Below the pieces are notes generated by a model. That model was not told where the DNA came from. It made no database searches and saw nothing but the letters and a program-made list of their open reading frames with translations. Of a DNA stretch of 6,963 nucleotides, positions 1 through 6,963 are shown one piece after another; the stretch's first letter is position 1; each line of letters starts with the position of its first letter. Source of the DNA: Octopus sinensis. Taxonomy: Eukaryota. Position numbers and translations under genes: made by a program. The stretch lies in NCBI RefSeq assembly GCF_006345805.1, contig NW_021829083.1, positions 1-6,963 of the forward strand, written 5' to 3'.

Positions 1-348
1 CAGCCAGCTTTTTGAGTGAAGCTAATTGCCGCGGCGTCGGATACAGAAGACCGAAAATCAGGTCGACATAGAAAAGAATACAAAAAAAAACCCCATTAAA
101 AATTCCATCAAAAAGAAATCAACAAGTAAGCAACGCCACAACAACAAAATGGTAAACAAAGGGAATAGTGTGAGTAGAATGTTTATCCGTTGAGTGTGAT
201 TGCAAATTCCAGTCTCTGTCTCAGAATGGAGGCAAGAGATAAGTTGAAGATACAAAAATCGCGGTCTGCTTCAACGATCGCGGTCACGCCATTTTTTGTT
301 GTATGTATTCTTAATATCGTATGTAAACTGTGATAAAAACGTTTCTGT

Positions 349-529
349 TATACGCATACACAAATACACACACACATATATATATATATTATATATATGT
401 ATGTAAGTAGTTGTATATATATATATATATATATATGATTATATATATATGTATGTATGTATATATATTATATTATATAATATATATATATATATGTATG
501 TATGTATATATATATAATATATATATAGA

Positions 530-599
<70 letters not shown>
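349..599. repeat. Compound microsatellite: short (CA)n, then long (TA)n with TATG interruptions; uninterrupted (TA)n about 537-599
   Basis: Read directly from the sequence; explains the YIYIYI ORF 411..644. Confidence 0.97.
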
Positions 600-602
<3 letters not shown>

Positions 603-603
<1 letters not shown>

Positions 604-630
604 TAGCAGAGATACCCGGCGTTGCTCGTG
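603..630 (-). mobile_element. Helitron-type (rolling-circle) 3' terminus; element body extends rightwards, other end not located
   Basis: Minus strand reads CACGAGCAACGCCGGG-TATCTCTG-CTAG|T: a degenerate GC-rich hairpin, an 8-nt spacer, a CTRR end, then T. This fits the established Helitron 3' signature and A|T insertion site. No RepHel coding sequence is visible. Confidence 0.7.
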
Positions 631-1012
631 TTACATACAATTGAAGAATTAGACTTTTCTGTTATATTTTCTCTAATGAACTGGAATATCTATGTTTCGA
701 ATTTCATAAAATTGCAGATGAGGGATACTTTCCTCTTCACAAAGCCCCCAAAAATTGTAATCGTGCCACATATATCCCATTCTACTAATTTTTATGCGCA
801 TATTCCAAAATTCCAGTCTTATTGAACCTGTTAAAAGGATTTTGCTCCTGAAAAATGGAGGTCGTGGAGTTCTAAAATGTGAGAGTTAACGCCCTTATTG
901 GGGGTAGCATCTTAATGTCAACCACAGAAGTTGAATTGTTGAGAATGTTTTAACTTGGGTCTTACATCTATTGTTTGAATTTCAATCAAATGTTTTCACC
1001 AAATAATTACAA

Positions 1013-1108
1013 CACGTGACTACATATCACTGATGCATCACATCAATATATCTGCTGGTTACTTTCTACAACTACGCTACATATTCAGATCACGTGTTAT
1101 ACCACGTG
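1013..1108. promoter_or_regulatory. Cluster of three canonical E-boxes (CACGTG at 1013-1018, 1091-1096, 1103-1108)
   Basis: Motifs seen directly; function as a bHLH enhancer is inference. Confidence 0.4.
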
Positions 1109-1124
1109 AATACATCGCTCAAGA

Positions 1125-1156
1125 AGTCTCACTTGGTCAGAATCTCACTTGGTCAG
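1125..1156 (+). repeat. 16-bp tandem duplication (AGTCTCACTTGGTCAG / AATCTCACTTGGTCAG)
   Basis: Two adjacent copies with one mismatch. Confidence 0.93.
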
Positions 1157-1243
1157 CGAAATCTTTTAAAATTTCATGAAGCCATCTTTTGAAAATATGG
1201 TCAGTTCAAAGAGAGCTGGCCCTTAAAGGAGAAGAGTCCATAA

Positions 1244-1320
1244 AACAATAACAAGCACAATATCGACAATAATAACTACAACATCAACAACATCAACAAC
1301 AGCACCAGCAATAACAACAA
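1244..1320. repeat. Degenerate (AAC/CAG/AAT)n trinucleotide tract
   Basis: acaacatcaacaacatcaacaacagcaccagcaataacaacaa. Confidence 0.85.
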
Positions 1321-1546
1321 TGCGTAAATGGCCTGCTGTGAATTAAAGTAGAAATCTTCATTTGCAGCCGCTAAAATTGTCCTCGGCCACAACCATATGG
1401 TTAAAGATGTAATTACTGCTGTGTCCTCGATCTTTGAACACCAAGATAATGTAAAATCAATCATTTGAGGCCAATCACAGTATTTTACGATCATTTTACT
1501 CTGCTATTAAATTTCTATTATTCACTATTTGTCATTTATTTCGATC

Positions 1547-1659
1547 GCTGCTGCTGTTTCTTGCTTTTACTTCTCTCTATTATTATATATTGCAGTTATT
1601 GCTGCTGCTGTCCCCGCTGCTGCTACTGCTGCTGCTGTTGCTGTTGTTGTTTTGTTTTT
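1547..1659. repeat. Degenerate (TGC)n/(TGT)n trinucleotide tract
   Basis: tgctgctactgctgctgctgttgctgttgttgtt; explains the poly-Cys ORF 1465..1665. Confidence 0.88.
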
Positions 1660-1951
1660 GTCTAGAGTAAGCAATGAGACATCAGACTTATAATCACAAT
1701 TTATCTAGGTCGACAGAACGCCATCTGACGACGCGGACTTTGTTTCCGCTTTCAATAATCTGAGAGGACCGACGGGAATGGCCGACATTAGGTCCTCACT
1801 TCACTTCCTTCACTCTCTAACAACAACTTACTTATGTCCTGTTTATAAACTGCACGGGGTGGGCGAATGTGCCAACATCGATTTTATATATATGTATATA
1901 TAAAAGTAAAATGAAGTATTATAAGCAGCTCTTTTAATGATGAATTTTAAA

Positions 1952-2137
1952 ACGCACACACACATACACACACATGCACACACACGCGCATATAAACTCA
2001 CACACAACTACAAACACACAAGCATTTTACTCTGCGTGCCAATTGTATATAAATATATGTATAGATATATATTACATATATATATGTGCGTGTGTGTGTG
2101 TGTCCATATATATGAATATATATATATATAGATATGT

Positions 2138-2220
<83 letters not shown>

Positions 2221-2226
2221 TATACA
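1952..2226. repeat. Compound microsatellite region: (CA)-rich 1952-2020, then (TA)n and (TG)n 2046-2226
   Basis: Read directly; source of the HTHT, YIYI and CVCV ORFs. Confidence 0.95.
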
Positions 2227-2229
2227 TAA

Positions 2230-2354
2230 CTTTTAACTTTTATTTTTTCAGTCATTAGTCTACGACCATCCTGGGGCACCAACTAGAGCATTTTTAGTAA
2301 GAACGAATCAACCCTAGTCCTTTTTTTAAAAAAAGCCTCGTACTTATTCTATCA
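2230..2354 (-). mobile_element. 3' fragment of an octopus-type SINE, 5'-truncated and diverged
   Basis: Minus strand reads GATAGAATAAGTACGAGGCTT...GACTAGGGTTGATTCGTTC...GGTGCCCCAGGATGGTCGTAGACTAATGACTGAAAAAATAAAAGTTAAAAG. This resembles the 3' part of a very abundant Octopus SINE as I recall it (…gatagaataagtac…ggggtcgattcgttcgac…ggtgccccagcatggccgcagtctaatgactgaaac…) and has an A-rich tail. Recalled, not searched; the exact family is not assigned. Confidence 0.75.
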
Positions 2355-2803
2355 GCCATCCTCTTAGAGCCATTTGCATTTCTGTGCGTGGTACATACAA
2401 CCGGAAGGAAGTCCTGATGGACAGAGAATTTCTTTAATTCGATATAAGATATGTACTTCGGCATGCTTCTTCAACGAAATTTTGAAGTTACAATGAATTC
2501 CTTCCAAATACATTTCTTTGAAAGTATTTGCGTATGATGGTGTGTATTTGTTTTGTATGTGCATTTAAAAAACAATAAGTTTTATAAAACTAGTCTCGTT
2601 TCCTCCTCTTTACAATTTGTCAAAGACTGTCTCTGACAAACTCGGCCAAGATATTTTTTTTGCGAATTTAAAAAAATATAAATACATCCACTTCGCATTT
2701 ATGAATTCAGTACATTTTTCAAAATTGCTTTCTTTCCCTCGTTTATTTTTCTAACGGAAACATACAATAAAAGCGACAATAACAACAACAACAACACACG
2801 CCC

Positions 2804-2970
2804 ATATGTTGTATATATATATATGTATGTATGCATGTATGTGTGTATGTTTATGTATATATATGTATATATATATGTATATATATATATATATATTATA
2901 TATATACATATATATATACATATATATATAGATATGTATATATATGTATATATATATATATATATATATG

Positions 2971-3015
<45 letters not shown>

Positions 3016-3072
3016 ATATATATATATCATATATATATATATACAGGATAGAGAGACAGAGCGAGAGAGAGA
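2804..3072. repeat. Long (TA)n/(TATG)n microsatellite followed by (GA)n
   Basis: Read directly. Confidence 0.97.
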
Positions 3073-3308
3073 TTATAGTGTTTGAGATAAAAATATGTTT
3101 CCTCTTTTATTGAACATTGAATGAGTAAAGAGAATGAGATGAATTATAAATCTTATTTGAGAATTAGTCAAAATTTTGACAATGTAAAGCGACGTTAGTA
3201 TGGCGATGACGAACATCAGCTGTTTTCGTTTCATGCTGGCGCAAATGACACTATTGTAACAACCTATTGTGGCTGCTTATTATATTGTACTTTGTCATGA
3301 TTATCGAG

Positions 3309-3590
3309 GTTGGTAGCGGTGGTGAGGGTGTAAGCAATTGCGGTGGTGGTCGTGGTCCTGGTGTTTCCGATGGATGTAGCAAAGTGGTAGTGGTGCTGGG
3401 AGGATGGTACTGCTTTTGGTAGAAAAATTCTTCGTGTTGATTTTCGTGGTGGTGGTGGGGGTGGTGGTGGTGGAGTGTTGTTGCCGATTGTTGTTTTAGC
3501 TGTCGATGGAATACGTGGTGATGTTGCTGGTGGCAATATTTGTGGACGGTGTGGTGTGGTCGCAGTATTGACGGTGACCAAGGATGGTTT
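3309..3590. repeat. Degenerate (GGT)n G/T-rich low-complexity tract
   Basis: Recurrent ggtggtggt with 3-nt periodicity; purest near 3446-3473. Confidence 0.85.
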
Positions 3591-3632
3591 TGTGGCCAGT
3601 GGGGAAAGTTCTACTTAAAACTTCAATGTCCT

Positions 3633-3661
3633 TTGTTGTTGTTGTTGTTGTTGTTGTTGTT
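3633..3661. repeat. (TTG)n microsatellite, about 9 units
   Basis: Perfect run. Confidence 0.97.
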
Positions 3662-3868
3662 AATCCTGCTGTTGTTGTCATTTCGACCACGGCTAGAAAT
3701 TGTATAATCAAATACAGCTCTTATCAAATGCAACCCAACCGTGACCATCCGGTCTTTCACTTCTCTTCAAGGAACACACAAAAACGTTATCCAAAGTGTC
3801 TGTGTTTAAGATGGTAGGGAGCAGTTTACGCGAGATTTAGCTGTTATGTCTAGCAATATGTAGAGGCC
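3662..3868. mobile_element. Diverged copy of an Octopus interspersed repeat, possibly a minus-strand retroposon with an (AAC)n tail
   Basis: CCGTGACCATCCGGTC...TTTAAGATGGTAGGG...GAGATTTAGCTGTTATGTCTAGC...GTAGAGGC resembles a common Octopus repeat as I recall it (…ccgtgaccatcccgtc…tttaagacggtaggg…gagatttggctgctatttctagc…). It abuts (TTG)n and interrupts the GGT-rich tract. From memory only; boundaries approximate. Confidence 0.5.
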
Positions 3869-3874
3869 CACATC

Positions 3875-4335
3875 GATGGTGGGATGTTGGTGGAAAGGGG
3901 TAATGAAGCTGATGTTGTTGCTGCTGCAGGGAGTGGTGGCCAGGTGTGGGGGTCGTAGTTAAGGAGATGGAGTAGTGAAAGCTGTGGTGGCGGCGGTTGT
4001 GGATGTGCCAATGGTAAGACATGGTAGGTATTGGTAGTGGTGGCGTTGATTGTGGTTGTGGTGGTGGTGGGGGTGTTGATGCTCGTGTTATAGTGGTGGT
4101 GTTGATGGTAATGTTGGAAGCTTTGCTAGTGATGGTGGTGGTGATGGGTGTAGTTTTGATAATGGTGTTGAGGATCGTACTGGTAGCAGTGGTAGTTGTG
4201 GTGAAGGTCATAATGGTAGTGGTGGTGGCAGCGGTGGTGGTGTGAAAGAAGCCGTATTTGCTGATGGTTATCGTCGTGTCGGTGATGATGATGATGATGA
4301 TGATGATGATAGTTATGGTGATGACGATGGTGTTA
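3875..4335. repeat. Long degenerate (GGT/GAT/GTA)n low-complexity tract including perfect (GAT)9 at 4284-4310
   Basis: Read directly; gives poly-V/G on the + strand and poly-T/P/H on the - strand. Confidence 0.9.
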
Positions 4336-4410
4336 CTGTTCGTGGAGAAGTCTACTGGTAAACTATATTTGTGGTGAATAGTTGTCTATAGCTGAAATAG
4401 CTGACAATGC

Positions 4411-4455
<45 letters not shown>

Positions 4456-4464
4456 GTTGTTGTT
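4411..4464. repeat. (TGT)n microsatellite with one slip
   Basis: Read directly. Confidence 0.97.
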
Positions 4465-4559
4465 GCTGTCAGTGAAGATATTGGTGCTTGCTGTGAAGAT
4501 AGAATGGTTATCACAGATAACACTGTTTCAAAGGAATGATCATATTTTTGATCGATCTA

Positions 4560-4905
4560 TTAATCATCTCCTACATTCTTTTTCTCTATATTTTCAATTG
4601 ATTTTCTTTCAGTGTTTTTTTATGAGGTGGGGCGGATTGAAGAGGCTGCGCTCCTCTTTATTCCTTTCTTTCTTGTCTTATTATACTTTTATGTCTTTCG
4701 TACTTTCTTTTCATCTGTCTCTCAAGTCTTCATTTTGATTTTCATTTATCTCTCACATACTGTCTTTCGCCCTCTCTGGCACAAATTCCCTTCCTCTTTT
4801 CTTTTTTCTTTCCTCCCTTACTGCTTTTTCTTTATCTCTTTTCCCTCGAATGTCTTTCATTATTTCTTTATTTATTTCTTACTATTCTCTCTGCCTCATT
4901 TATCT
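4560..4905. repeat. Pyrimidine-rich (T/C) low-complexity tract
   Basis: Dominated by tttc, ttct and ctct; interrupted by a purine patch at about 4622-4646. Confidence 0.75.
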
Positions 4906-4948
4906 CACTGTCAGGTCGAAAAATAGAAAAATTATTACATTGCAGTCA

Positions 4949-5182
4949 ATATATATACATGCATACACATGTGTATACACACATATATATGTATACATAT
5001 AAATGCGCATATGTATGTATATAATAATTAGCATTTACTATAAGAATACCAATATGTGGTGAGAGTATGTAGGAGTTTGCGCACATTTAAACTATTATTT
5101 ACAAATGTATAATAATTAGTATATATGTATGTGCTTACATAAGCATCTATAAATGCACGCACTCACACAAATATATATATAT

Positions 5183-5222
<40 letters not shown>
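4949..5222. repeat. Alternating purine-pyrimidine patches ending in (TA)n at about 5171-5222
   Basis: Read directly. Confidence 0.85.
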
Positions 5223-5334
5223 CGGGGCGTGTGTTGTGTGAGAGTGTGAGTTGTATTATGTATACGCCCGCGTGTGATTTAATAGCTATCACTTTAATGT
5301 TTTGCATCATTAGGTTTTCTCAATATGAGTAGGT

Positions 5335-5336
<2 letters not shown>

Positions 5337-5378
<42 letters not shown>
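5337..5378. repeat. Perfect (GT)21 microsatellite
   Basis: Read directly. Confidence 0.97.
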
Positions 5379-5380
<2 letters not shown>

Positions 5381-5533
5381 CAGGGTTTGTGTGTGTTGGT
5401 GTGTATGTGCGTGTTTCCATGTACGTAGGATTACGTATATGTGTGTGTATAAACTTAAGAATATGGCAGCTGCTCATATCTCAAAAGTCGGTCTGCCTCT
5501 CTATCTCTCTCTGTCTTCATAAACAACACATTA

Positions 5534-5536
5534 ACA

Positions 5537-5580
<44 letters not shown>

Positions 5581-5810
5581 GTACATGTATAGATATATGC
5601 ATAAATACATATGTATAAACGTTCATACACATATACATACACTACATACATTTAAATGTAATTCGTTGTGTGACAGTTTGTCAGAATGTATGTATATATG
5701 AATGTAAGTAAGCATGCGTTTATACATATATATATATATATGTGGGGGGTATGTGTGTGTGTGTTTGTGTGTGTGTGCGTGTGTATGCGTGTGTATGTGT
5801 ATATGTACAT
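5534..5810. repeat. Compound (CA)n, (TA)n, (TG)n microsatellite region
   Basis: (CA)n about 5534-5569; TA-rich patches; (TG)n about 5752-5800. Confidence 0.9.
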
Positions 5811-5851
5811 AGTTCTGCATTTGTTTTTGAAGAGAATGGCATAGAGTGAAC

Positions 5852-5875
5852 GAGAGAGAGACAGACAGACGACAG

Positions 5876-5910
<35 letters not shown>

Positions 5911-5930
5911 AGAGAGAGAGAGGGGGGAGA
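5852..5930. repeat. Compound (GA)n-(GACA)n-(GATA)n-(GA)n purine-rich microsatellite
   Basis: gagagagagacagacagacgacagatagatagatagatagatagagagagag. Confidence 0.95.
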
Positions 5931-6042
5931 AAGTGATACAAGGCATCGAAATGAGATGACGAGCAAGTGGGAGAGATGGCGATAAAATTAGACACAAACT
6001 GCTGATTGGACAAAAATTAGCAGGACAAAGAAGAGCAAAGAA

Positions 6043-6133
6043 TACACACACACACATATATATATATAGGTATATAGATAGATATTTACATACACACACT
6101 GATTTATATATATATATAAATCTACCCATATCT

Positions 6134-6180
<47 letters not shown>

Positions 6181-6333
6181 TATAGATACGTTTAAAGTGT
6201 ATATGTATATGAGTATGTGTACATGCGTGTGTATCTACACATTTAATACGTGTATAGAGATATATGTATATATAGATATATATATAGTATATGAATATAT
6301 ATGGTATACAAATATATAAATATATTTATATAT

Positions 6334-6371
<38 letters not shown>

Positions 6372-6388
6372 TATATATATATATATAT
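6043..6388. repeat. Compound (CA)n/(TA)n microsatellite region; perfect (TA)n about 6138-6178, (CA)n about 6334-6356
   Basis: Read directly. Confidence 0.93.
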
Positions 6389-6483
6389 GATGGGAACGTA
6401 ACATTGTCACCAGTATATTTGTACAAATAACAGCCTACGCCAATATACTCATGATCATTCATAAAGAACTATTATGTATTTAC

Positions 6484-6904
6484 GCACATATACACACAAG
6501 CGCACACACACACACACACATGTGTGTGCGTGTATATAAAAATGTATGAATATATGTATGTATGTATGTCTGTATATACACACATGTATATAAGTATGTA
6601 TGTCTTTCTAAATTCTTAATATTCCTTTCATAATTTTGACTGTCAATTCTCCATACTTCTTTTCACTGTAGGTTGTCGTATATGTGTGTATGTGTGTGTG
6701 CGTGCTCATTTATTTGTTTGTGTGTGTGTGTACGTATATATATATATGTATGCAAATACAAATATAAACAAATACATATATACATATATATCCGTATGTA
6801 CCTTTATTTCTCATATATATATATATGAATATGTATATATGTATAAACGTTTATATATACATAAATGTCTGTACGTTTATACATACACACATATAATGTA
6901 TATA
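6484..6904. repeat. Degenerate (CA)n/(TG)n/(TA)n/(TATG)n region with a short unique insert at about 6603-6678
   Basis: Read directly. Confidence 0.88.
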
Positions 6905-6963
6905 GCACAAAGCTGGAACTACCACCACATAAGGCCACCTCCAACAGATGCAGGATGGCCACC

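Noticed and set aside
58-68. AGGTCGA recurring at about 60, 1707 and 4913
   Set aside because: Only 7-9 bp matches with no extended similarity; compatible with chance.
1465-1665. Cys-rich, metallothionein-like ORF
   Set aside because: The poly-Cys comes from a (TGC/TGT)n microsatellite.
1725-1756. Hammerhead ribozyme (CTGACGA followed by a stem-loop)
   Set aside because: The stem is followed by TTTC rather than the invariant GAAA, and the reverse strand has the elements in the wrong order.
1780-1875. HDV-like ribozyme (GGCCGACAT... start and ...GGCGAATG end)
   Set aside because: I could not build the P1, P2, P3 and P1.1 nested pseudoknot; the resemblance is superficial.
2364-2564. 66-aa minus-strand ORF of normal complexity
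   Set aside because: Short, with no recognisable motif or splice support; within chance expectation.
3264-4245. Mucin-like Thr/Pro/His-rich minus-strand ORFs and a Val/Gly-rich plus-strand ORF
   Set aside because: They derive from degenerate (GGT)n, lie in separate short frames on both strands, and show no recognisable domain.
4382-4926. Hydrophobic membrane-protein-like ORFs
   Set aside because: Explained by (GTT)n and the T/C-rich tract.
411-6462. ORFs rich in YI, CV, HT or LS repeats (e.g. 411..644, 1937..2282, 2823..3113, 5116..6462)
   Set aside because: Translations of dinucleotide microsatellites, which lack stop codons.
6651-6672. Acceptor-like CTTCTTTTCACTGTAG|G
   Set aside because: Followed almost immediately by microsatellite, with no convincing exon or donor site.
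1-6963. CRISPR array, operon, tRNA/rRNA or other prokaryotic system
   Set aside because: No regularly spaced repeat-spacer units, gene-dense ORFs or RNA-gene motifs; the composition is that of an animal non-coding region.

Overview
AT-rich, microsatellite-saturated eukaryotic non-coding DNA (intron or intergenic), most likely from an octopus genome. That assignment rests on two fragments resembling abundant Octopus interspersed repeats as I remember them; it has not been database-checked. No credible protein-coding gene, RNA gene, CRISPR array or prokaryotic system is visible. Most listed ORFs are translations of (TA)n, (CA/TG)n, (GTT)n or (GGT)n repeats, and the rest match nothing I recognise. 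Supported features: many simple and compound repeats, a Helitron-type 3' terminus (minus strand) abutting a (TA)n tract at about 603, a 5'-truncated octopus-type SINE fragment (about 2230-2354, minus), and a second diverged interspersed repeat (about 3662-3868). The best leads lie in the unique islands: three perfect CACGTG E-boxes, including a tandem pair with a 6-bp spacer (1013-1108); a CpG-rich island with three consecutive hairpins (1709-1797); a near-perfect 25-bp palindrome (2616-2640); and a CpG/YY1 promoter-like patch (243-296). None establishes a new biological system.
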